A program made the position numbers and the translations under genes. A stretch of DNA of 48,535 nt, filler included, from Jimgerdemannia flammicorona (taxonomy: Eukaryota), in the NCBI GenBank assembly GCA_003990765.1. It is 2 parts of 2 records of this genome, joined end to end, with 100 filler letters (N's around TTAATTAATTAA, not from the genome) between each part and the next. Parts side by side here need not be neighbours in the genome. Positions count along the whole stretch, not along the records: positions 1 to 24,221 come from RBNJ01001006.1; 1 more part is not named here. One strand, given 5' to 3'. This document shows, one piece after another, positions 1 to 10,997 of the stretch; position 1 is the first letter of the stretch, and every line of letters begins with the position of its first letter. Below the pieces are notes generated by a model that ran no database searches, was not told the origin of the DNA, and saw only the letters and a list, made by a program, of their open reading frames with translations.

Positions 1-331
1 GGCAGATTCGGGTATAGAATGAGTTGGGATCTTCACTAAGTCCCTGGCAGATAGTATTGAGTTGATCCTTGAGAGCTTGCTTGATCTCTTCGGTATAATA
101 TGTTGTTCTGAGGAAGGTCTTCATGTTAGCAAGTTTGGCTACACCAGCATTAGCAATGGTGGCTGCATTGAACTTGTCTCTAGCAGGTCCTCTGAGGCTG
201 ACTGGTAGAAGGGCCAATTGAGCATCCACACCAAGGGCTCGTACAGCGGCAAATTGTTCAAAGTCTTCGATGAAGGTCAGGATTGACTCTTCAGTAGTAT
301 ATCCATAGAATATGGGGGGACACATTTCCAT
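1..331 (-). CDS. gag: Gag (capsid) N-terminal part of Gypsy element 1, truncated by the window edge
   Basis: Manual translation MEMCPPIFYGYTTEESILTFIEDFEQFAAV...SLRGPARDKF...LNTICQGLSEDPNSFYTRIC has the retrotransposon-gag pattern (P.F.G, L.G.A, Q...E....FY.R) and lies just downstream of the PBS. Confidence 0.8.
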   Translation of the reverse strand, partial: MEMCPPIFYGYTTEESILTFIEDFEQFAAVRALGVDAQLALLPVSLRGPARDKFNAATIANAGVAKLANMKTFLRTTYYTEEIKQALKDQLNTICQGLSEDPNSFYTRIC

Positions 332-438
332 CTTGTCTTGAATTCTTGCAGGGGTGACTCTTGTAGTCAGGGTAGTTGTTGTGGGGATTGTTCGTTTTTC
401 AGCTTGAAAGTGAGGGATTCATCTTGAATCACCAGCCA

Positions 439-448
439 ATGGGCACCA
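439..448 (-). promoter_or_regulatory. Primer-binding site of Gypsy element 1 (TGGTGCCCAT)
   Basis: TGG start 3 nt (ACT) after the LTR-terminal CA, the same spacing as in element 2. The tRNA identity is uncertain (possibly CpG-decayed TGGCGCCC, Lys-like). Confidence 0.7.
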
Positions 449-773
449 AGTTGTCATGTAGTGGTCGCTGAGTCCTTCAAATATGCCAGATTCTCTTCAA
501 GGTATATCTCTTAGACTAACTTAAGTTTGTTATAAGCAAGTTCTTATTGGAGTGCCTTCCCAAGGTCTTATAGTCCTCAAACTTCTTATCTTTAACTGTC
601 TTGTTATCTCTTAGATTGCTTGCAAGGAAGTGTGTATAAGTGAACTTGACTCGAACTTGACTGACTTTATTTCAGAGGAAATAAGAGGGGTATTTATACA
701 AAATATAATTCAATGGTTGCTAAGATATAAAGCTAAATATAAATTCCAATAACTAAAACTACTAAGTTCCAAG

Positions 774-905
774 GCTGGTATTATTTAGTGTCACATCAAA
801 ATGCTGGTGCTGGAACAAATTTGCGTCACCTCAGAATACCAGTGCTGGCATTATCTGGTGTTACATGAGAATACTAGTGCTGGCATTATTCAGTGTAACA
901 AAGAA
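774..905. repeat. 35-bp tandem repeat x4 in the LTR (enhancer-like)
   Basis: Units start at 774, 809, 844 and 879; consensus ~GCTGGCATTATYYRGTGTHACATSAGAATRCTRGT. Confidence 0.85.
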
Positions 906-906
906 C

Positions 907-1752
907 TTAGAGCAGAAAGTTCAGGACTATGGGGGCTTCATCATCATCATCATCACTGAAGGAGATGAGATCCGCGAATTCGTCATGCAGGTCATGCATC
1001 TTGCGTACTTCGTCATGCGGTTCGCGTGCTTCGGGTATGTCGATGTCGCGCAGGATGACATCATCGCCGATGACGTCATCACGTTCAGTGGGGAAATCGG
1101 GGACAAGATCTGGAGCTCTCCAGTCTATGAGGTTCTCTTCCACAAAATAGGGGACAAATGTGGGGTCTTGGGGGGATCTAACCCAGATGCTTGGGCCTTG
1201 GAATACTGAGATCAATCCTTGCAGGAATTGGTCTGGGTTGTCCTGAAGGATGGGGTGCCAGAAGTCTTCTACTTCTTCACTGTTGAGGGTGATAGTGGAC
1301 TGGGCTTCTGTAGCCACCCTGGCTTCTAGTGCATTGATGCAGTGAGATGACAGGTCTCTGAAATCTGAGACTCTAACATACTCCAAGTTGGGAATTGACC
1401 ATGGTGCATGCCTGAAGATCTGATGGATCTTCTTAGCTGTCCTCGTTTCACATATATCCATGGGAGTGGCATCTTGTAGTTCTTGGGTGCTGGCCTGTGG
1501 GAGCTCCCAGCAGAGGAGGTTTCCTATTTTGTACTCCTGCCACATTTGGAGGCATTCAGTGGCAATGGTGATCCTTGTTTCCATTTCATGGCGGTAGAGG
1601 ATAAAGTGATAGGGGTCTGCAGTACCCAGGTAGACACTAGGAGTTCTTCTTGAGTGGGTCTCCATGGCTCTTCTGATGTCTTGGAACATCCTTTCTTCAA
1701 CCGAGGTGCCTTGGTGGTTCCTTGACCTTGAGGTTTGGTAGGCGGCAGGCAT
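907..1752 (-). CDS. ORF-X: intact 281-aa accessory protein of unknown function with acidic C-terminal tail
   Basis: ATG-to-TAA open frame in otherwise stop-riddled DNA; collinear homology with 36464-37294 (AKKIHQIFRHAPWSIPNLEY vs AKKVHQIMHHAPFAIPNLNY); TATAAAA at 1839-1833 upstream. Confidence 0.85.
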   Translation of the reverse strand: MPAAYQTSRSRNHQGTSVEERMFQDIRRAMETHSRRTPSVYLGTADPYHFILYRHEMETRITIATECLQMWQEYKIGNLLCWELPQASTQELQDATPMDICETRTAKKIHQIFRHAPWSIPNLEYVRVSDFRDLSSHCINALEARVATEAQSTITLNSEEVEDFWHPILQDNPDQFLQGLISVFQGPSIWVRSPQDPTFVPYFVEENLIDWRAPDLVPDFPTERDDVIGDDVILRDIDIPEAREPHDEVRKMHDLHDEFADLISFSDDDDDEAPIVLNFLL

Positions 1753-3324
1753 TTCATTTGTGGTAAGTCTTTGAGCTATTTTGGGATTGGTGGTTCTTGT
1801 TGGTTGCTGCTACTGCGGTTCCTTGATCCTTCTTTTATATTCTTCAGGATGCTTATGCTGTGGTCACAATGACTCACAGTTGGTCATCATTGCTCATCTC
1901 ATATGCTATATGATCTTCTTGTGCTTCGATCTGGTGGCTTGCAAGGAAAGGCTGTCTCTTGTGCTGATGTCATCATTCTGGGGTCATCATTACAATATAA
2001 ATACATATATATATGTAAAAACATATATACAAATATACAAATATATATGTCAATAGATCAGTCTTCAACAGTTCATAGAACTGATGATGCTTCAAGTTAA
2101 ATATCCTTAATAGTTTCATACTTTCCATATAATCCTCACTCTGAAATCTGGTAATATTATGCTAAGACCAAAGATGATGTTATTTGTAATTATTATAGAT
2201 AAAAAATTAAAAAAAAAAAAGATACATTTATGATACAACTGATGCTTTTTTGTTTAATACACACATGATATTGTTTCTACCAACCCCTATATACTATATG
2301 CCCTAAAGTTCAAAATACTTAGTGGGTCAACTTCAAACATATATCAATATATATATAAAAGACAAACACTCTGACAAAATCAAAATGAAATAAAATTGAT
2401 ATCCAAGCTATAGTGGGTATATTTATCTAATTACCTCACTAATTCTATATCAACAACTCTATTTAATCAAAAATATTTAGCCATATTCTTCAGCAGAATT
2501 TCGAAATCAACTTATTTGCTAGATTGTATCTACAGACCAACCATTTACAACCATCAAGAGCAACTAGTTATATAGTATCTTTGACTCTCAAGAATGATTT
2601 ATATCTACCAAATACTAATACTGCTGGTAAAGATATTCTGGAGGCCTATAGGAAGGAGTATGATAATCTTCACCAGATACTTCAGATAAAATAAATAAAT
2701 AAGGGTAATACCATAACTGTTGCAAGCATAATTATATATACATATATATAAAGAGCTCCCCAATTTAATCTCACATTCTATAAACAGAATTCAGCAGACA
2801 GAATGTCATTTATGATCAATACATAGATATCTCCCAATCAATTTCATTTCTGAATATTACTGATCATTGAATTGACCTTGATTGACAACTTAAATCTCTT
2901 ACCATTGACTTCATCAAACTTGCTGATTCTCATTCAGGAGAAAACACCACAGATACTTTTATTAGTTATATCTAGAAGCTTGGAATTACAACTAAGATAA
3001 AAAAGGGGGGGGCTTGCAATCTGGTCAGTATTTTAAGAGAAGACTTAAAACAAAATAGATTTTAATAGTTATTTATTTTGCATAAATTTGCCAACAGAAA
3101 ATTTCAAGTACAGATTTTTGCCATTATAATAGACAATTCTACAAATAACTCAATATTTTTCTAAAATTTAGTAACTAATCTTAAATAAAAAAATGTGGCC
3201 TTCAGTATAGAAAACTATTATATATATTATCAGGCCCACATACTGAACCTCACTGTTCAGGATTATTTTATGCATATAGACAAAACATCTAGAAGTGAGG
3301 TAATCCCAAGTATTATTTTCAAAC

Positions 3325-4401
3325 GGGCCAGAGGGCGAGCGAGCTCAGGGGGCAGGAATGGGTGCCACTTATGCAGAGGTTGTGGGAAGTTCAGTACTCC
3401 CCACATGGTGGCTCCGGGGATTTGCTTGCAATGGTGGCCATGGAAGGGAGTAGGAAGATGCAGTTTACAGGCTTTTGGTGGGGGGTGGTAGATAGTGCTA
3501 AGAAGATTGGACTTCGGTGGTGAGGTGATGAAGTTGAGGAGGTTTGGGGACCGCAAATGTGGTGGTGGGACAGGCTTCTATTGGGTGGGGTCCTGGTGGA
3601 GGACTTTCAGCTTGGCGAAGGCCTGGAGTGTTTGCGTGATCTAGGTGGGGACCTGTGGCCAGAAGCCTGGCAGAGGGTTGGAATTGGGGAGGAGTAGGAT
3701 TGGAATGGACTCTGGCTTTGGAGCAAACAGGTGCACCAGTGGCTGCCCCCCAAGTTCTGAGTGGTGTGGTGGTGGGTCCTATGGCAGAATGTGATACTGA
3801 ACTATTGGTCTGGACATTTGGTGGATGGTGGGGTATTCGAGTGTGAGGATTGTTTCAATGTTGGTCAGGAGGGAGGAGTGATACAAATTGCCTGAACATT
3901 GGCTTGGTGAATGCGAGGTTTTGGGGGAGTTTTGGAGCGGTATTATGGATAGGGTAGGGCTGGGTGCAAGGAAGGGGGAGGAGGGGGGGAGATGGGGAGA
4001 GCTCCGTCAGCGACTGGTAGAAGGAGTGGGGGACGAATAGCTGACTCTTAGTTGGGCTTTGGCTATGTGGGTTGGACTGGCTGGGCATTGGGTTTATGTA
4101 TTTGAGGTAGGGTGCTGGGTTGGGGTTGGTGATAAGATGGCCCGATGGGAATAGTTGATGTTGGACACTTTGAATAGCTGGTGGCAGGGTTGGGGGTGGG
4201 GTGGGGGGTACCGCAGGGGCCTGGTGCAGTGTATTGCCCAGAAGAGTGGTGGGAGGGTTCAGGTAGTGGGTAATTGGGTGGTGCTCGGGCAGGGAGAGGA
4301 TGAGGGGAGGGGTTTGGGCCCCCAGGGCATTGGTTGAGGATAAGGGTGATATTGTATTGTTTACATTATAGACTTCGGTAATAAAGGGCAGTCCAAGAGA
4401 C

Positions 4402-4439
<38 letters not shown>
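3325..4439 (+). mobile_element. 5'-truncated L1/Tx1-like LINE (family A), end of ORF2 plus poly(A)
   Basis: Homologous to the 3' end of the LINE at 18361-24221; AATAAA and GTCCAAGAGACTAT followed by poly(A); 15-bp TSD GTATT(A/G)TTTTCAAAC at 3310-3324 and 4440-4454. Confidence 0.9.
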
Positions 4440-4442
<3 letters not shown>

Positions 4443-5203
4443 TTGTTTTCAAACTGTACAAACTGATTGTATTGGTCTGATCATCTCTATAATGATAGAA
4501 CAAATTCACTGCACAGTACAGAGCAATTAGTTTAGTTCTGAAAGAGCTGATATTGGATATCTATTTGCATTGAAACTCAAAATTTACAATGATCCAGCAT
4601 ATGCTGGAGTTTGTTGTAGTATGTACTCTTTTTTTGATTGGCTGAAGCAAATTGATTCAGAAGACTGAGAATTGTTAATTAATTAATTTCAAACTAGGGG
4701 GGGTTTTTTTTTTAAAAAAAAAAAAGGCTGATAGATTCTACAGTTACTGCTGATAAGGAAATATGGGGTAAGACTATAGATGAAAGTGAGTGGGATGTAC
4801 TAAGGAATGTTATCAGAGTTTTGGAAGTAAGTGATGATTGCTTTGACTCCACATTTATTTTGTCTACCTCTATACAGTAATGTAATAATACACTATTCTT
4901 AACTACTAGTGTTTTGATGATTGTATGAAGGATATTTTCAAACAAACCACCTCAATAATAAGCTCTGCAATACTGGTATATAATCTTTTGATTGACTGAC
5001 TAGAGGACAAGCTCGAGAAAAAGCTAGAGAGTAGTAGTGATTTCCAGTTTAGCCCAGATCAGAGAGATGCTATAGTAGTTGCTCTAAGCAAGCTCAGAAA
5101 ATACTACTCCAAAAAAGATGATCCAATATCAGGTATATTAGTGTAGCAGTTGTCTCTTTCCAAAAAAAAAAAGAGAAACTCTTTCAAAACTCACCCTCTT
5201 CTC

Positions 5204-8200
5204 TTTTTTTTTATTTTTTTTATTTTTTTTATTTTTTATAGTCACTCAGACTTCCCTTTATTACCTCAATCTATAAATAATAATACAATTTCACCCCCAC
5301 CCCTCACCCAATACCCCTTGTATCCCCTTCTCTACTCTCTATGTATCTCTCCCCATTAGAGGACAACCTAGCCACCTGTCACCTGAACCCTCCCACCACT
5401 TTTCCAGCAAATACACTTCACTAAACTCTGTTGGTCCCCCCCACTGGGTCCCCATCCTCACCATCAGCTATTCAAAATGTCAAGTAATAACCATTCTCAT
5501 CATACTACCTTAGCCCCAATCTCAATCTGCTGGCTCTTCTTAAATACATGCAACCAATGCCTAGCCAACCCAATCCAAATTACTGGAACCCAGCCCAAGG
5601 TCAACCATTCATCCCTAACCCCACTCACTAGCCTTCAGTGGAGGTCCCCCCATCTCCCCCCTTCCCCCCCCACCAGTGCCTGTAGTCCTAACTGATTCAC
5701 AATATAGAGCCAAAACTCCCCCAGGACTTCACACTTACCAAGCCAATGTTCAAGCATTTGTACCACTCCCCCCTCCTGGCCAACATCTATATATTCCTCA
5801 CACTCAAATATGCCATCCACCACCAAGTGCCCAGACTGATAGTTCAGTATCACATTCTGCCTCAGAAACCTCCACCATACCACCCAGAACTTGGGGGAAA
5901 GCCACTGCATCACCTGCTTACTCCAAGACCAAAGACTATTCCAGTCCCACTCCTTGCCAATCCCCCCCTCTGCCATGCTAAGGGCCATAGGTCCCCCCCT
6001 AGGCCCTGCATACAATCCATTCCATCGCCAAGCTGGAAATCCTCCACCAATGTACCTCCCAGCAATAGCCTGTCTCATTTCCACATCTATGGACCCCAGT
6101 CCTCCTTCCCCTCATCACCCTGCCACTGAAGTTCAATTCTTCTTACATCATCTACCACTCTCTACCAAAAGCCTTTATACTGCATCCTCTTGCTCCCATC
6201 CAGGACCACCATTGCAAGCAGGTCACCAGTAACTCCATGAGGGGAATACCAAACTTCCCACACTCTCTGCATGAGTGGTACCCACTCCTGGCCCCTCAAC
6301 TCACTCACTCTCTTCAGCCACCATGCTCTCAGACAGTAAAGGTATTTGGTAAAGTCCACCAAGCCTAGTCTGCCTCTGTCAATAGGTAGAGTAAGAACCT
6401 CCCATCCAATCTGACTTCACTTCCCAGCCCAGATCCATGATCTTGCCATCTTCAGAAGTTATCTGACCACTCATGCTGGAAAGTCCAGATGATACCTTAC
6501 ATACTACAGCTTTGTCAGCCAGTATACATTCAGCACCATCACCCTTTCTGCCAAGGATATATGCTGACCACCCCACTTCAAGAGCACATTTCCCTATACT
6601 AGAAGCTGATGTTCCCACTATACATGAGGTAGGAGAGATCTATATACTGAAAAGTAGATTCCCAAATACTGAACTGGTTCTCCTACTGATACTACTGTCT
6701 CAATCACATTGTCTCCTACTATTCTGCTGCCTAGTATCAGAGTCTCACATTTGTGCCAGTTGAGTTTGGTACCTAAGCCCCTCTCATACTATTCTACAGA
6801 CCTCCTTAACTCCTCCACATCCTCAAATAAACCCAGTCCAACCACCATATCATCTACAAAAGCCTCCACTTTCCAGTTAATTTCCAAAATGTCCAAACCC
6901 CCAATCTGACACCTGATCCTATCCAATAGGGCTCTAAGGAAAGGGTATATAAGATAGGTGACAAAGGATCTCCTTGTGGCACCCCACAACTTAGAGGAAA
7001 AGTCACACCTCTGTACCCATTCATCATCAATGCTGCTTGACTGTCCTCCAATAGACTGATCAATGACCTCCTGATCCCCAGGGGAACTCCTACTTGTTTC
7101 AGTACCCCTTTCAGCCAGACCCTCCTCACCCTGTCATATGTCTTCTCCTGATCCAGAAATACTAACCAGCCATCAACCCCAGCTGCCTGAGCTCCTTCAA
7201 TCACCCCATAGACCCAGACAGTTTCATCCCAGATCAACTATCCACCAACAAATCCCCTCTGTTCCACTCCCAGTACCTGCTGAGCAATTCCCTACAGTCT
7301 AGCCACTAAGATCTTTGTCACCAGCTTGTAGTCTATGTCAAGGAGCATGATCAGTTGCCAGTTCTTCCAATCTTCTCTTTACCTCTTATTCTTATATAGC
7401 AAAGAGACCAGCCCTAGAAGCTGGCCCCCAATCCACAATCCAGATCAAAGGACCTCATCACTCATCACTATCATCTCCTCCAATATCACTTCTACCCTAG
7501 CCATCTTCTTCCAAAAATCTCAGAGAAGCCCATCCTCTCCTGGAGCAGTCGTTTTGCTCATCAAAGCCAAGATCTTGCATACTTCCTCCCCCATCACTGG
7601 ATCTCCCAGTGTCCCCAGGCCCAGAGCTGGGTCTGGATGCCAATCCTCCAACTGCTGTTCAATGTTCAGGGCATCCTCCCCCCCTTCCTCCTCACTCCAT
7701 AAATTTCCCCAGTAAGTTCTCAGCATTTCCAGAATCTTAGGAGTCTCAGCCACCATCACTCCATCCTCATCCAAAATCCCTTCCCACTACTGTCACATTC
7801 TCCAAGCCTAAAGCAACCATGAAAGGACTCTGGTGGGCCTCTCTCCCTCCTCCAACCCCTGCCACTGCAACCTTGCCACTATTCCCTTCAACTGAACCTC
7901 TTCCTCCATTCATAGCACTTTCTTTAACTTATCAACTTCCTTTCATATCTTCTGAATCCTCAAATCTGCTGCCCCCCAATTCTCCAGTAACCCTGCCTAT
8001 CTCCACAGAAGTACCACCAATCTCTGTGAAGCCCATTGCACTTACTGCTGCCTCTGAGCACTCCTTCCTTTCCCCGCCTCCCTCCAGTACCTCTGAGCAC
8101 TTGATATCAGCCTCCACCAGTGATTCCTAATCACTAATCCCTGCTCTTGCCATCTACTAATCTTCACAATAACTTCCACCTCCCAGTCTATCTATAAGGA

Positions 8201-10997
8201 ACCATCCTCCAGCAAAGAAGAATTCAGCTACCAATGTCCTGGCCTATCCCCACTTCTCCCAAATCTCTCACCCCCAATTAGACCCCAGTGATCTGACCAT
8301 GGACACCAAACCACCTCTAGCCCATCTCAGACATCTACTCCTCAGTACTCTGCCATCAACATCCAGTCAATCTTAGAGCCCAGCCCTGCCACCCAGTGGG
8401 TATAAATTCAGTGATCCACTCAGAACTGTCACTCTGAGTCTACCAATGAGCTCAACATCTCAATCTCTATTCAATCATCAAACCCACCACTTTTGCCTCA
8501 TATACCTCTCCCACTATCAGTTTTGTCTATCCCTTTATCTTATATCATGTTGAACCCCCCCCCAGGCAATCAATCCCAGCTTCACCCATGACACCAGCCT
8601 CCCTCAGGCCCCTGATCCAATCCACTCATTCCCCCCTCTCAGCTGGGCAATAACATGACCCAACAGTCAAAGGGTTCCATCCCAGTCTCCTCAATATACT
8701 CTACACCAACCTACTCCCCCAATGTCCAATGTCCCCAATGTCTCCCATCCTCTTTCAAACCAGAATACCCACCTGCCCAGTCCACACAGCTGCCCCACCC
8801 CATTCTCAAGTCCAGTCCAGTAAGTCCATGTCTACCTCATACTGTATATTCTGTAGTAAGAAGAGATCTACATCCAGTCCCCTCAGCTAGCTAAAGACAT
8901 TCCTTCATTATACTGCTCCCCTCAACCCATTCACGTTCAAAGAAAAGATTCTAGTTGTACTGTTTATATTGAAAAAATGTTTGATAATTGAGAGCTCTGT
9001 CTAGAATTCCATGCTAATTCCATCCCCAGCCAGATCCAAATACCACTCTGCCTCCAAATCAGCCTCTGCTACCACCTGAGCATCCAGTGCTTCCAAGAAT
9101 TCCTGACACTCCATCCCATCTACAGCCTCTATTTCTGCCTGATAATCTGTATACACCACTCTCCACTTCTCCAACCCCTTCCTTGAGCCCTACAAGTATG
9201 CTGCCTGGTCATTCACTATCTCTCGAAGGGTCTCCACTCTCTGATCATCAACTTGATATTCCTCTGACTCCAATAGTACTACCAGGATTTCATTTCTAAT
9301 TTTCCTTGACACTTCCTCTTCATGAAGAAATTCCTCCCAGTACTGATACTTAGCACTCAGAAGTCCTCTCCCCCAAGCTCCTCAGCTGCTACCCTCTAGA
9401 GTCTTCTACAGTCACTTCTCTTCATCTACTGCCTCAGCAACATCCTGGGCAACTCTCTCGACTCCCACCACAGGGTCCACTAGTGCACTCCTCCTTCCTG
9501 ACTCATCCCACTCCTCCTCCAGTATGTTCAGCAATTCCTCCTCCCCCTCTGCCCCACTCAGGACACTATGCTGAGATCGAGCCTCCTTCACCATTTCAGC
9601 ATTCTCCACTACACTGCCTAGACCCTCCTCATTCAATCCATCAGGGGCCACCACTGGAGCCACCCTGTGCTCCCCAGTCCAGGCACTCTCCCTCAGTCCA
9701 GTACCACCTTCCCCAGCCCTGCCATCTGCCACACTCTCTCCTATCTTTGTCAGTAACTCCTTCTGGATTTGCCTCCACTGCATCTTCTCCCAGGTCCCCT
9801 TGTCCATCCTGATTCTTTTCCATCAACAATCTCCACCACTTTTATGGCCTCATACTCCTTCCAAGCCAGTCTCCTCTTCTCAACTACTCCTGCCAGGTCC
9901 TCCAGAGCCTCCAGCAAGTCCTTCTCTTCCTCAAGTGTCCCTTTCACCCTCGAGACCTTACACTCCACTGGTCCCAACTTAAGGGTCACTGGCTAGTCCC
10001 TTGTCTTCTCCATGTTCTCCTTTCCAGCCAGCCTCACCTGGATGTCAATGTTACTAGTCCAGAGTGCAGTACTCTCCCAGACTCTGAACTCAATGTCCAT
10101 AATCTCCCCATACTCCTTGACTGCCTCTACAATCAACTTCCTGGCCCTCTCTCTTGACACCATCAGAAAATCCAATACTGTCAACTGTACCACTTAAGGG
10201 TACCAGTACATTCACCTGGCCATAGAAACCACTACTCTGCCCACCATCACCCCCTTCTCAATGGCCTCCAACAATGATGCCTCTTTCTTGAACCCAACCT
10301 TGACCCCTTCTTTCCCCTTCAAGAACTTTACCAAAGCCACCCCCTTCACCTCCTGCACCACCAGCCTCAAGATCATCCTAGTAGTTACTGTCAAACCCCA
10401 GAAACACAATGTGACAGTGAATTCCAATCTTGATTTCTTAAGTAACAGTGCTGACACCATGCCTGTCATACCATATGTCAGGTTCCTGGGCCTCATGCCC
10501 ACCCTCTGTCCTGAACTACCAACTATTGTCACATCTGGATTTTTCTCCAGATCTACAGTCATAGCTCCATCAGCAGTCACATCTCCAACCCCTACTCCCC
10601 CCCCTCCCCTACTGCCCAACCCTCCATGGGGGCCCCTCTCTATCCCACAACAGTAGCCATCAATACCTTCCCTAGGCCCAGCCAACTATCCAGACCAGAT
10701 GTCATTCTTCCCATCTTGACCTTGTCTGTAAAGGTCGTTCTCTCTCCACCATATTGCCTCAATCCACCTCTTCTACCCACAAGCACTATAGCCCACCATA
10801 GAAGGCCCTGGTATTCCCAAACCATCACTTCTCCTCCCCCTACATGCTGTCAGTTGAAGGCACTACTGCTCCCCTAGCTGACATGCTCATCAGTATGGTC
10901 ATTGTTGTCTATGTTGCTAGTTACCTTTCACAAAAAATGTTGTAGAAAGTGTTGTCTGAGTCTTGTGTCACTCAAATATTACTGGTGAAAAGTGATG
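5204..10997 (-). mobile_element. Full-length decayed L1/Tx1-like LINE (family A), ~5.8 kb
   Basis: Poly(T) from 5204; 16-bp TSD AACTCACCCTCTTCTC at 5188-5203 and 10998-11013; ORF1 ~10912-9001; ORF2 from ~8967 with APE (FSLNVNGL), RT (LDQEKTYDRV, GVPQGDPLSP, FVDD) and C-terminal C..C..EHWL..C. Confidence 0.92.

Larger units (their letters stand above)
1..1994 (-). mobile_element. Ty3/Gypsy LTR retrotransposon 1, 5' portion (LTR, PBS, gag start); runs off the left edge of the window
   Basis: On the minus strand: TGTAATGA at 1994 with an abrupt switch to AT-rich hAT DNA, LTR end ...CATGACA at 452, ACT spacer, TGG-starting PBS, then a gag-like frame. The TATA/AATAAA arrangement matches the LTR of element 2. 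Confidence 0.8.
452..1994 (-). repeat. Putative 5' LTR (~1543 bp) of Gypsy element 1
   Basis: TG...CA termini; GTATAAATACCCC TATA at 698-691 and AATAAA at 671-666, with the same 27-nt spacing as in the element 2 LTR; U3-like motifs (GATGACATCA, GCATATGA, GATGAGCAAT, GTGACC) shared with the element 2 LTR. The partner LTR is outside the window. Confidence 0.62.

Noticed and set aside
894..900. TGTTACA as the start of a 449-bp LTR
   Set aside because: It coincides with the fourth unit of the 35-bp tandem repeat and has no PPT before it. Disfavoured but not fully excluded without the partner LTR.
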